64,000 bases of DNA from Bacteroidales bacterium (GCA_036171595.1 JAVHRJ010000602.1:136-64135), one strand, 5' to 3'; numbered from the stretch's first letter, positions 47,945-58,000 are shown. The notes: generated by a model from the sequence alone, not told the origin. Made by a program: numbers and translations.

Positions 47945-49896
47945 TTTGTTATAATATTTCCTAATTCCTTAAATTTATTAAAAAAGCAAATTATATCTAT
48001 TGTTACTTTATAGTCTTTAGCATACATTAAATCTATTTGTGATGAAATGTTATTTGATGAATTGCTTGAAAATAATATAGGTGAAATTATTCCCTTTTTT
48101 AATTTTGGTAACAAATTGTTATTAGAATTAATGTAGCCAACCCAAGTATAATAGCCTAATAAAACAAGAAAAATGTTTTTTACAAGTCCAAATGGTTTTT
48201 TAACTATAAAAATAACAATAGGCAATAATGTAATTAAACTTATCGATAAAATTATATCTATAAGTCGTTTGTTTCTTTTATTTATATCTGTTGCAATAGA
48301 ATTTAAATGAATTTCGTACAAGTCGCCAGCTGTATCAATAGAATTACTTCCAATAATAGCAATACTATCGGGACCAGCAATTTTATAATCGATGTTTATT
48401 GCAGAAAGCGAAATCATGCATTTAATTACATCTGCCGATGAAATATCTTTTGAGCAAAAAACTATCTCATCAATTTTGTGAATTTGCACTATTTCAGTTA
48501 ATTCGTTAGCTTTGCCAATAAAAGTATTATTAAAATTATTTTCAGTAGATGACACAAAACCAATTATTTCGAATTGAAGTTTAGTTACCTTTAGTATTTC
48601 TTTAACTCTAGTACACTCATCAATATTTCCAACTATTACTATTCTTTTTTTTCGATATTTACTTAATGCGAAATTTTTTAATGTAGTAAAGTGCAAAATA
48701 AATCTTGCTAAAGGAATAAGCCCAAAAGTTAACAATGCGCCTATTAAAAGTATTGCTCTCGAAAACCTCATGTTTTCGCTTAACAAAGCATAAAAAACTA
48801 AAACTAAAACAGCTCCAAATCCAATTCCTTTAAAAACATTTTTAATTTTTATTGGACGTAAATATCCACCTAAATAAAATATAGAAAAAAGCCACAACAA
48901 AGCATAACTAGGTACTACATATTTAAGAAAAATTTGAGGATAACTTCCATCGCCATTATATCTATAAAGTTCCCAGTATTTAGTTATAAAAAAGAATGTA
49001 AAATAAATAATAAACCCATCAATTAAGGGGGTTAAAATATCTCTAACAAATTGCATTGTAATTGCAATAAATGCTCTTAATAAAATAGCGATATTTATAA
49101 AAACAGTAAAAAATTTAGCGTTACCTTTTGAAAAATGTTTTTGAGCAAAAATGGCCATTGCTTTATAAAACATACGCACATAATTTATACTTCCTTTTTT
49201 AGTGCTTTCGCCTTTGTAATGTATTATTGTAGTGTTTGGGAAGTAGTAGTTTTTATAACCACCTTGAATTAATCTAAATGATAAGTCAATATCTTCGCCA
49301 TACATAAAAAAGTTTTCGTCGAGTAAACCCACTTTTTCTAAGGCTTCACTACGTAAAAGCATAAAAGCCCCCGATAAAATTTCTACTTCATTAATTTTTT
49401 CTTTGCTTAAATACCCTAAATGATAACGATTAAAGGTTTTAGATTTTGGAAAAATTTTTGATATTCCGAAAATTTTATAAAAAGCTACAGCTGGAGTTGG
49501 TAGGCCACGTTTCGATTCTGGTAAAAAATTCCCTTTTCCGTCAATCATTTTAACTCCTAATCCACCAACTTCTTTTTTAGAATCCATAAATTCTATAACT
49601 TTTTCGAATGTCGATTCTTCTACGACGGTATCTGGATTTAGAAGTAAAATATATTCGCCTTTTGCTATTTTAATTGCTTGATTATTTGCTTTTGAAAAGC
49701 CTAAGTTTTGCTTGTTTTCAATTATAATAATGGCTGGAAATTTTTCTTTTATCATTTGGCATGAGCCATCAACCGAATGATTGTCGACAACAATAATTTC
49801 TGTGTCAATTTTTTGTGAAGAATTAAAAACCGAGTAAAGGCACTGTTCTAGAAAGTGCTTTACGTTATAATTAACTATTATTACCGACAGTTTCAA
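47941..49896 (-). CDS. Family 2 glycosyltransferase fused to a polytopic membrane region ending in a truncated polyprenyl-phosphate sugar-transferase-like segment
   Basis: GT2 N-terminus (LSVIIVNYNVKHFLEQCL, DNHSVDGS, LLLNPDT, GAFMLLR). Several transmembrane helices follow. Next comes a Rossmann-like stretch (RIVIVGNIDECTRVKEIL), then the start of a sugar-transferase-type helix (KRLIDIILSISLITLLPIVIF) without the catalytic remainder. The stop overlaps the metF ATG (ATGA). Confidence 0.65.
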   Translation of the reverse strand: MKLSVIIVNYNVKHFLEQCLYSVFNSSQKIDTEIIVVDNHSVDGSCQMIKEKFPAIIIIENKQNLGFSKANNQAIKIAKGEYILLLNPDTVVEESTFEKVIEFMDSKKEVGGLGVKMIDGKGNFLPESKRGLPTPAVAFYKIFGISKIFPKSKTFNRYHLGYLSKEKINEVEILSGAFMLLRSEALEKVGLLDENFFMYGEDIDLSFRLIQGGYKNYYFPNTTIIHYKGESTKKGSINYVRMFYKAMAIFAQKHFSKGNAKFFTVFINIAILLRAFIAITMQFVRDILTPLIDGFIIYFTFFFITKYWELYRYNGDGSYPQIFLKYVVPSYALLWLFSIFYLGGYLRPIKIKNVFKGIGFGAVLVLVFYALLSENMRFSRAILLIGALLTFGLIPLARFILHFTTLKNFALSKYRKKRIVIVGNIDECTRVKEILKVTKLQFEIIGFVSSTENNFNNTFIGKANELTEIVQIHKIDEIVFCSKDISSADVIKCMISLSAINIDYKIAGPDSIAIIGSNSIDTAGDLYEIHLNSIATDINKRNKRLIDIILSISLITLLPIVIFIVKKPFGLVKNIFLVLLGYYTWVGYINSNNNLLPKLKKGIISPILFSSNSSNNISSQIDLMYAKDYKVTIDIICFFNKFKELGNIITK

Positions 49897-50003
49897 GTTG
49901 TAAATTATTATAGAGCAAAAATATATAATTAACCCGAATTATAATTTATAAATTATAATCAGAATTTTTTTTTACAAATAAACCAACTAGAAATTCGATG
50001 AAA

Positions 50004-50582
50004 TTAAAGTTTAAAAGTCATACCAAGAGTTACATAACTTATATCGTAGCCAAACTCGGTATATAATGCAAATTTTTTAGAGAAAAAGTAATTGGCTCCA
50101 AAATATAATTCGGGTTGAAAATCAGATTCGTTATTATATGAAAAGTTATCGCCGTAAGGGCCATTGTAATTGTAAAAAGATTGCAAAATACCTGCACCTA
50201 CACCTGCATAGGCATTTAACTCTGGAGCTTTAATTAATTTTCCAAAATTATAATAGTAGCCAACTCTAAATGTTGCTGCAATATAAGTCCAATGTAAAGT
50301 ATAATCATAGCGTGTACCTTGATTATAATTGTAGCTTTTATATAATTTTGTAAAAGCTCCTATTGAGCCACCTAAAGAAATTACTCCTGGACCAGCTTTT
50401 TTAAATCCATGGTCAAAAGCTAATCTAATTGCAGGTGTTCCAACAGTATGAAAATTGTAATAACTATTGCTTGGACCAACTCCCAAACTTAAAAAGTTTG
50501 TTCCAACAGCCATTTCTTGAGCAATTAAATTTGTATATGTGAACGTTGTTGCAACAATTAACAAAATAAATATTTTTTTCAT
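50004..50582 (-). CDS. Small outer-membrane beta-barrel protein (OmpW/porin-family-like)
   Basis: Signal peptide, alternating aromatic/Gly beta strands, and a C-terminal ...LGMTFKL. Confidence 0.55.
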   Translation of the reverse strand: MKKIFILLIVATTFTYTNLIAQEMAVGTNFLSLGVGPSNSYYNFHTVGTPAIRLAFDHGFKKAGPGVISLGGSIGAFTKLYKSYNYNQGTRYDYTLHWTYIAATFRVGYYYNFGKLIKAPELNAYAGVGAGILQSFYNYNGPYGDNFSYNNESDFQPELYFGANYFFSKKFALYTEFGYDISYVTLGMTFKL

Positions 50583-50638
50583 TTTTTTTGATTTTTAAAA
50601 TTTTACGAAATTACAATAAATTTTATAATCTATTTTTA

Positions 50639-52030
50639 TTATTCTATTATTTCAGATTTTAACCTTTCAATTTGAGTTTGCTTATTAACTTCGCGTAATT
50701 TATTTCCAGTTTCGGTAAAATATTGATGTATCGATAAAAACTTTACTTGCAATTTGTTCCAATCGTTAATTGAGCCAATTAAATTTTGTTCGTGCAATTC
50801 TTTGTACAACATGTTAGAAACTGGAATAAAATCGCTTCGTCCAAGATAATCGAGATCGGCATCGCAAATAATTTTTTGTAATAGTGATTTAGGTTCTGGA
50901 GGTAATTTTGTTGCCATTATTATTTCGTTAATAGCAGTAATTTGTTCATACGAATAACCAAATCTTGGTAGTATTTCGGAAGCTATTTTAGTGCCAATTA
51001 ATTCATGTCCACTGGTTTGAATAGATTGTCCCGAATCGTGAAATAATGCTGCTGTTTTTAATAGCAACATTTCTTCGTCCGAAATACCTTCGCCTCTGCC
51101 TAAAAGTTCCGCTTGTATTCCAACATCTATTGTATGCTTAAGGTTATGATAATATAAATATTTAGGTAACTCTCGCTCTAATTTGTCAAGCATAAATTCC
51201 TCTAAATCATCATATTTAATAAGCTGAAACTTTACTTTAAATTTTTTATTTGGTATTAAGCCGTGACTGTCTTCCGAATAATTTGGAGTAAACCCTTTAA
51301 CTTGATATAAATTTACATCGCCAACGTATTTTACGGGCATTTTTCCAATATAAATACATTTAAAGTATTCAGAAACAAGTTCGCGAGTCATTTCGGATAT
51401 TATTATTTTACCTGGTTCGCTGGCCGATTCTATTCTGCTGGCAATATTTACTGTTTCGCCTTTAAGTTCGTATGATATTTTCTTTTTACCAATTTCTGTT
51501 GCTACAACTGGTCCGGTATGAATTCCCATTGAAATTTCCCATATTTTTCGATTATTGCCAAAAAGTTCGTTTTGAAATTCTTTTAACTTTTCTTGAATTT
51601 CTTTGGCAGCAAGAATCATTTCAATAGGGTTAGTTCTGTTTTTTTTTGGAATACCACCGGCACACATTAAAGTATCGCCTATAGAGCTTATTTTATTAAT
51701 ATTGTGATTTTTAATTATTTCTTCTAAGATTATAAAAAAGCGATCTAGTTCATCAATTAGCAGTTCTGCATTACTTTCTGACGATAGTTTTGAAAAGCCT
51801 TTAATATCGGCAAAAAATACTGTTACCATTTTGTAGCGTAAACTTTTTTTATCGGCCGACTCAAGAGTTACTTTTGTGTTTAGTTTTTCAATTTTTTCGC
51901 CCAATTCTCTATTTTGTTCTATTAGCTCTTTATTTCGAGTTAATAATTCGCGATTTTCTTTAACTAAGTTAGAATTTTTTTTTTCAATCTCCTGAAATTT
52001 ATTGATATAGTCGGAAATGTTATCGCTCAT
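50639..52030 (-). CDS. Class III adenylate/guanylate cyclase domain fused to an HD phosphohydrolase domain
   Basis: N-terminal coiled coil (ELLTRNKELIEQNRELGEKIEKL). Cyclase core (VTVFFADIKGFSKL, IGDTLMCAGG, GIHTGPVVA, GETVNIASRIES). C-terminal HD domain (YHNLKHTIDV, AALFHDSG, CDADLDYLG). Confidence 0.8.
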   Translation of the reverse strand: MSDNISDYINKFQEIEKKNSNLVKENRELLTRNKELIEQNRELGEKIEKLNTKVTLESADKKSLRYKMVTVFFADIKGFSKLSSESNAELLIDELDRFFIILEEIIKNHNINKISSIGDTLMCAGGIPKKNRTNPIEMILAAKEIQEKLKEFQNELFGNNRKIWEISMGIHTGPVVATEIGKKKISYELKGETVNIASRIESASEPGKIIISEMTRELVSEYFKCIYIGKMPVKYVGDVNLYQVKGFTPNYSEDSHGLIPNKKFKVKFQLIKYDDLEEFMLDKLERELPKYLYYHNLKHTIDVGIQAELLGRGEGISDEEMLLLKTAALFHDSGQSIQTSGHELIGTKIASEILPRFGYSYEQITAINEIIMATKLPPEPKSLLQKIICDADLDYLGRSDFIPVSNMLYKELHEQNLIGSINDWNKLQVKFLSIHQYFTETGNKLREVNKQTQIERLKSEIIE

Positions 52031-52139
52031 TTGTTATAATTGTAGTTACAAATTTATGAAAATAATTAATATTATAAAATTTTAACATTTATTATTTGGA
52101 ATAATTCTAAATAACGTGTATTTTTGTATAAAAAAATAT

Positions 52140-52871
52140 ATGAAAAACACTATTTTAATAATGTTAATGATAGCAGTAGTAGTATTGTCATCGTTTAATA
52201 ATATAAATTTAATAACAAATAATAATATAAAAATGAAAAACACAAAAGAAAAAAATTTGATTTATCCATATTCTTTGCCAGAACTTGGATATAGCTATGA
52301 TGCATTAGAGCCCTATATTGATAAGGCAACAATGGAAATTCATTTAACAAAACATCATGCAGCTTATGTTAATAATTTAAATAACGCAATTAAAGGAACC
52401 GAATTTGAAAAAACGCCATTAATTGAATTATTTCAAAACATAAGTAAATATCCAATAGCAGTAAGAAACAATGGAGGTGGACATTATAACCACTCACTTT
52501 TTTGGCAATGTTTATCGCCAAAAGCAGGTGTTTTACAAAACGGGAAACTATCTGTTGCAATTAATAAGGATTTTGGTTCGTTCGAAAAATTTAAAGAAGA
52601 GTTTGAAAATGCTGCAAAAACACGATTTGGTAGCGGGTGGGCATGGCTTTCGGTTGACAATAATGGAAAGTTATTTATATCTTCAACTCCAAATCAAGAT
52701 AACCCTTTAATGGACATTACAGAAAAGCGTGGAACTCCTATTTTATGTTTAGATGTTTGGGAACATGCATACTATTTAAAATATCAAAATCGTAGGCCAG
52801 ATTATGTGTCAGCTTTTTGGTCGCTTGTAAATTGGCAAGAAATTGAACGCAGATTTGAAGAGCTTTCTTAG
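52140..52871 (+). CDS. sodB: Fe/Mn superoxide dismutase with an N-terminal signal/anchor extension
   Basis: SOD core ([35 protein letters not shown]) preceded by [20 protein letters not shown] prefer the ATG at 52140 to the GTG at 52116 in the track. The metal specificity, and therefore the symbol, is uncertain. Confidence 0.8.
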   Translation: MKNTILIMLMIAVVVLSSFNNINLITNNNIKMKNTKEKNLIYPYSLPELGYSYDALEPYIDKATMEIHLTKHHAAYVNNLNNAIKGTEFEKTPLIELFQNISKYPIAVRNNGGGHYNHSLFWQCLSPKAGVLQNGKLSVAINKDFGSFEKFKEEFENAAKTRFGSGWAWLSVDNNGKLFISSTPNQDNPLMDITEKRGTPILCLDVWEHAYYLKYQNRRPDYVSAFWSLVNWQEIERRFEELS

Positions 52872-52893
52872 TTGTTTCTTTTTCATAGGTTTA

Positions 52894-52929
52894 AAAACCA
52901 CTTGTTTTAAAAAACAGGTGGTTTTTTTT
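52894..52929. terminator. Bidirectional terminator between sod and the Rieske-like gene
   Basis: Stem aaaaccacttgtttt / aaaacaggtggtttt (one G-U pair) with flanking A-run and T-run. Confidence 0.65.
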
Positions 52930-52934
52930 ATATT

Positions 52935-53366
52935 TTAGTTTGAAACTTGTAACGAATTGTTTCCATCGAAATAAGTAGAGTAGGAAGTTAATGGACGTTC
53001 GGCAGGGCTTTCTTGAACAGAGCCATCAATAAAAGAAAATTTAGAGCCACAACAAGGACATTTTAAAAATAAAGTATTTACCGTATCTGGTAAAATTGCA
53101 CATCTATCTGAAGGTTTATATGTACAACAACGATCAAAAGCAACAAATTCTGATTGCGACACACGATAAATAATTATTCCACTAACTCCACCTGTAACAA
53201 AAACATTATTTCCAATGGTTTGTAATGTGCTAAATTCAGGATCACTTAAAAATATAGTGAAATTAACATAAACGTTAGGCACTAAATCATCTTTTTTACG
53301 ACAACTATCCGATAACAAAATAAAAATACTTGCAATAAAAAAAATATGTATTTTTGACAAACTCAT
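52935..53366 (-). CDS. Lipoprotein with a Rieske-like C-terminal fold but Cys-only putative ligands (hypothetical)
   Basis: Lipobox (LLSDSCRK). The layout GGVSGIIIYR..FVAFDRCCTY...LKCPCCGSKFSFIDGS..SPAERPL resembles Rieske domains. The two His ligands are not evident. Confidence 0.35.
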   Translation of the reverse strand: MSLSKIHIFFIASIFILLSDSCRKKDDLVPNVYVNFTIFLSDPEFSTLQTIGNNVFVTGGVSGIIIYRVSQSEFVAFDRCCTYKPSDRCAILPDTVNTLFLKCPCCGSKFSFIDGSVQESPAERPLTSYSTYFDGNNSLQVSN

Positions 53367-53372
53367 TGTATT

Positions 53373-53828
53373 TTGAATGTTTTTACAAAAATAAGAAATT
53401 TCTCGATAATCTCAATTTTATTAATTGCAATGGCATTGTTGTTGCCTTTTACATGCTTTTCGCAACGTGGCTCTATTGATAATGGCCAAAAAAAACAATT
53501 TCAAACTCATATTCATTTAAGAACTCTTTTTAAGAAAAACCCACAAAAAAAAGCCGAACGAAAAGCTAAAAAAGATGAAAAAAAGAAACAGAGAAATGAA
53601 ATAAAAATAGAAAAAAAATATTGGAAGCACGTTGATCATCCTAACGAAAAAGGCACAAATAAAAAGGTGGTAAAACGAATGAAAAAAAATTTAAGAATTG
53701 CCAATAGACATAATCATAATAAACATACTGAAACAAAAATAAAACGACTTTCAAGAAAAAAGATTAAATTGCCAAAAATTTCAACAACTAAAATACATTG
53801 GCCATGGAAGAAGAAACATCAAGAATAG
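53373..53828 (+). CDS. Extremely basic (Lys/Arg/His-rich) protein with an N-terminal hydrophobic segment (hypothetical)
   Basis: The ORF has a TTG start, so the true start is uncertain. After a signal-like segment the sequence is dominated by K/R/H (KKAERKAKKDEKKKQRNEIKIEKKYWKH...). It might not be a genuine gene. Confidence 0.3.
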   Translation: MNVFTKIRNFSIISILLIAMALLLPFTCFSQRGSIDNGQKKQFQTHIHLRTLFKKNPQKKAERKAKKDEKKKQRNEIKIEKKYWKHVDHPNEKGTNKKVVKRMKKNLRIANRHNHNKHTETKIKRLSRKKIKLPKISTTKIHWPWKKKHQE

Positions 53829-54199
53829 TTACATACGTAATTATTTTTATTGTAATTGCAGTTATTAATATTATTTTTAGAAAGAAAAAAGCTGCCATTG
53901 AAAAACAAAAAACTGCTACAAATGTTGAGGATAATGTTATTCCAGTTATGGACTTAAAAGAAACTATCGAAAAACATGTTGTTAAGTCAAATATTACTTC
54001 TAATAATTTAAGTTCACAAATAACTTCAAACAATAAAGTTAATAAGCATATTTCTAATAAGTTGAATAATCTTAAAGTTAGTAATTATATTGAAGAAAAT
54101 AAAGTAAAACAGAAAGAATCGAGTAATATTAATTTTACTCCCGAAGAATTAAAAAAAGCAGTAATTTATTCAGAAATTTTAAAACCACTCGATATTTAA
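53798..54199 (+). CDS. Single-pass membrane protein (hypothetical)
   Basis: Transmembrane helix (IVTYVIIFIVIAVINIIF) followed by a low-complexity N/S/K-rich tail. It overlaps the previous ORF by 31 nt. Confidence 0.3.
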   Translation: MAMEEETSRIVTYVIIFIVIAVINIIFRKKKAAIEKQKTATNVEDNVIPVMDLKETIEKHVVKSNITSNNLSSQITSNNKVNKHISNKLNNLKVSNYIEENKVKQKESSNINFTPEELKKAVIYSEILKPLDI

Positions 54200-54505
54200 T
54201 TTTCTAAACCTTACTCACGCTCGATTTCAACGAGTGTTATTTCTCTCACCTTCCACGCTCGCTTCCAGCGTGTGTGAACCTATCTAACGTTTTCTTTTAG
54301 CAAGTTTTATTTCGCTTCCAATAAGTGTTAATTTAATTAACTACTCAGCCGTTATATTATGCTACAGATTACGCTTATTTAGACGGAATTTAAACTACTA
54401 ATGGTGGTTTTCGAGAACTTAGCGAAGCGATCTCACGAACACCTTTAAAAATAATAATAATTGTGAGTAAAATTTTATAAAACAGTTGATTTAATCAAAA
54501 GAATT

Positions 54506-54526
54506 CCTCGAGGCTTTGCCTCGGGG
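54506..54526. repeat. GC-rich 9-bp-stem hairpin, copy 1 (cctcgaggc ttt gcctcgggg)
   Basis: A perfect or G-U-paired 9-bp stem followed by a T-rich run (tttacgtttttgttttttt). It is nearly identical to 54619-54639. Confidence 0.7.
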
Positions 54527-54618
54527 TTTACGTTTTTGTTTTTTTGCCACAGATTACACAGATATTCACAATATAATCTGTGTAAATTTGTGAAATCAGT
54601 GGCAACTTTTTTAAGATA

Positions 54619-54639
54619 CCTCGAGGCTCTGCCTCGGGG
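54619..54639. repeat. GC-rich 9-bp-stem hairpin, copy 2 (cctcgaggc tct gcctcgggg)
   Basis: It differs from copy 1 only in the loop. Confidence 0.7.
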
Positions 54640-54965
54640 TAGTTCATTTTAATATATGAAGCCTGTGGCAGGTTGTTGTTTGTTTATCTTCAATGATTTT
54701 CATTAATTTATTTTTTCTGTGATAATCTGTGAAATCTGTGGCAAGTATTTGTTTTATATTATTATAGACCGGGTGAGTAGTTAAAATTTAAATAGAAATT
54801 TATGTCTTTAAATAGTTACATATTAATAATATTTATTAAATAATCTCTATTTTTCATTTTGTTAGGAAATTAAAGCATATTGTTAGGAAAGTGCAGTGTA
54901 GTTTTTTCGCCTTTTACAAGTAATATTGTATCAAATTATTTACGGAAATGAAAAATTTAAAAAAA

Positions 54966-54973
54966 TAATTTTG
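54966..54973 (+). promoter_or_regulatory. Candidate -7 box for the receptor-like / CTD protein / PorV-like operon
   Basis: taattttg, 93 nt upstream of the ATG at 55067. A second match (taaatttg, 54583-54590) lies inside the inverted-repeat-bounded segment. Confidence 0.25.
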
Positions 54974-55066
54974 TTATTTTTCAAATACATTTTTATATTT
55001 ACCGACTTGTTAAAAAGTGTTAAGTTTTATAAAATAATGTATTAACGAAATAATAATCAAAAGATT

Positions 55067-58000
55067 ATGTTAAAGAAGATTTTTTTCATCTTAGCGGTTG
55101 CAATCATTTCTACGAATGTTTTTGCACAATCTGGAACTTTACAAGGTAAAGTTGTTGATGCCTCAAATGGTGAAGCAATTGCTTTTGCTAATGTAAGTGT
55201 TGAATCTAATGGTCAGGTTGTTACAGGTGGTATGACTGACTTTGATGGTAAATTTGTAATTAAACCTATACCTGCTGGAAATTACGATGTTAAAGCATCT
55301 TATGTGGGTTATCATACCTTACAATATAAAGGTTTAAAAATAATGTCTGGTAAAATTACTTTCCAAGACTTTAAAATTTCTCCTTCTTCCCAAGTTTTGA
55401 ATGAAGTAGAAGTAAAAGAATATAAAGTGCCATTAATTAGCAAAGACCAAACATCTACCGGAGGTTCTGTTACTTCCGAAGAAATAGCTAAAATGCCTGG
55501 TCGTAGTGCCGATGCTGTTGCAACAACTGTTGGTGGTGTTTACTCTGAGCGTGGTGAAGTTGGTAGCATTCGTGGTTCTCGTTCAGAAGCTACTGTTTAT
55601 TATATTGATGGAGTAAAAGTTCGTGGTTCTTCAAATATGCCAAAATCTGCTACAGGTCAAGTTGAAGTTATTACTGGTGGAATACCAGCTAAATATGGTG
55701 ATGTTACTGGTGGTATTATTAGTGTTACTACAAAAGAACCTGCACGCGAAACTTATGGTTCGGTTGAGTTAGTAACATCTAAATTATTAGATGCTTATAA
55801 TTATAATCTTGCAGAATTTACATTTACAGGTCCATTATATTCTAAAAAAACTGTTGACCCTTATGATTCAACTAAAATTAAAAAAGATGTAAAGGCTGGA
55901 TATTTTTTATCGGCAAGTTATCATTCAGAAGCCGATGGTTCACCATCATCAATTGGATGGTGGAAAGCTAATGATGGTGTAGTTGAACAAATGCTTGCTG
56001 ACCCATATCGTAGAAATGAAACAGGCTTTGGTGCGTTATTAAACACTGAATTTTTAGGTGCCGAAAACTTTAAAAAGGTAAAAGCACAAAGTGATGCTCA
56101 AAGTAAAGAAATGTCAATTTCTGGTAAAGTTGATTTTAAGCCATCGCGTAACGTAAATATAACTTTTGGTGGAACTTTTAACTATTTGAAATATAGAGAT
56201 GTAGATTATGCAAATTCATTATTTAATTCAAATAACAACGGAGAAGTAATTAACCGTACAATGCGTGGTTATGCTCGTATTACTCAAAAATTCCAATCTG
56301 ATGATGAAAAAGAAAACGCCACAGCTCTAATAAAAAATGCATTCTATCAAATTCAATTCGATTATACAAAAAACTACCAAACTGTTCAAGATCCTTATAA
56401 TAAAAATGACCTCTTTAAATATGGTTATGTTGGTAAATTTACAACTACTAAGGTTAACTCTTATGGCTGGACTGATACAGTTTCTGGCTACTCCTCTGGA
56501 GTATGGAACCATAATGGTTTTGCCGATTTATATTATGCTTTTGAACCTTCGGATATTAATCCCGACTTAGCTGCATATACTTCAGCATATTATAGTTTAT
56601 ATCCACAATTAAGTGGTTTTTATCAAAATATGGAAAACGTACAAGCTGGCAAGGGGTTGCTTAATGGAGAAAACCCTGATCCTACCTATACAACAAGTGG
56701 AACTCAATTAAATGCTGGTGGAACTTTATATAATAGTCCTGGTACTTTTTATAATGGGAACTCAAAATTAGAAAATACGCAGTATAGAGTTTCAGCTTCG
56801 GGTTCGGCCGATATTAAAGGTCATGAAATTTCTATTGGTTTCGAATTTGAACAACGTGATGACCGCTCTTTTGGAGTTAGTCCATCTTCTCTTTGGGCTT
56901 ACGGAAGACAATATACTAATAAACATATTAATGAATTAGACACAAAAAACCCTCATCCAGTGTATGATGCTAATGGAGTTTTTCAGGATACAGTTTGGTA
57001 CGATAGATTATATACAAATACTCAAACTCAGTTCGATGAAAAGTTAAGAGAAGCATTAGGAATGCAAAAAACTGGATTAAATTGGATCGATTTTGACTCT
57101 TACGATCCTTCAATTTTTTCTATTGATTTTTTTAGTGCAGATGAATTATTAAATACAGGTAGATATAGTATTGTTAGCTATTATGGTTTTGACGCACATG
57201 GTAAAAAATTAACATCAAAACCAACTTTAAACGACTTTTTAACAGCCACTGATGAAAATGGTAGAATGAAATTCGAAATACCTTCATTTCAGCCAATTTA
57301 TGGAGCTGCTTATCTTCAAGATAAATTTGCTTTTAATGATTTAGTTTTTAATGTTGGACTACGTATTGACCGTTTTGATGCAAATCAAATGGTATTAAAA
57401 GACCCATATTGTTTGTACGAGACAGTTAAAGCTAGCGAAATTCCTTCATTTTTGGGAACACGACCTGGCAATATTTCTTCAGATGCTGTAGTTTACACTG
57501 ATAATGTTGATAATCCAACTGCCATTAAAGGATATAGAGAAGGAACTTCACCTCAGGATGTTAAATGGTACGATGCTAACGGAACTCAAATTACCGACCC
57601 AAGTTTAATTGCAAGTAATGGAATTATGAACCCATATTTAGTTAAAAATGATAAGGTACTAAGAATAGGTGGTTTTAAAGATTACGAACCGCAAATTAAT
57701 GTAATGCCAAGAATAGCTTTTTCGTTTCCTATTTCCGATGTAGCCTTATTTTTTGCTCATTATGATATATTAACAAAAAGACCTACAAGTTATGGTCGAA
57801 TGAATCCTATTCAATATTATTATATTGAATCAAAAGCCGCCGACCCACTTAATAATCCTAATTTAAAAACCGAAAAAACTATTGATTATGAGTTAGGTTT
57901 TCAACAGAAATTAAACAATACTTCATCATTAAAAATTTCTGCATTTTATCGTGAAATGAGAGATAATGTTCAAGTTCAATATATGTTTGGTGCTTATCCA

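Larger units (their letters stand above)
54337..54784. repeat. Repeat-dense 448-bp non-coding segment bracketed by 15-bp imperfect inverted repeats (MITE-like element, invertible segment or structured RNA)
   Basis: Left arm ttaactactcagccg (54337-54351) and right arm cgggtgagtagttaa (54770-54784) give 14/15 complementarity. Inside are two copies of a 21-nt GC-rich hairpin, and at least three copies of TGTGWAATCWGTGGC in both orientations (54546-54560 reverse, 54589-54604, 54728-54743). Confidence 0.6.

Noticed and set aside
54200-54800. Possible CRISPR array, considered because of the multiple short repeats
   Set aside because: The repeats occur in both orientations, are irregularly spaced and differ in length. 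No cas genes are present in the window.
54540-55066. Cobalamin or other riboswitch upstream of the TonB-receptor-like gene
   Set aside because: The only resemblance is a GCCACTG-like heptamer, and it lies on the opposite strand (cagtggc at 54597). I could not find the AGGGAA/GGTG core elements of a B12 element, nor the motifs of TPP or other common riboswitches.
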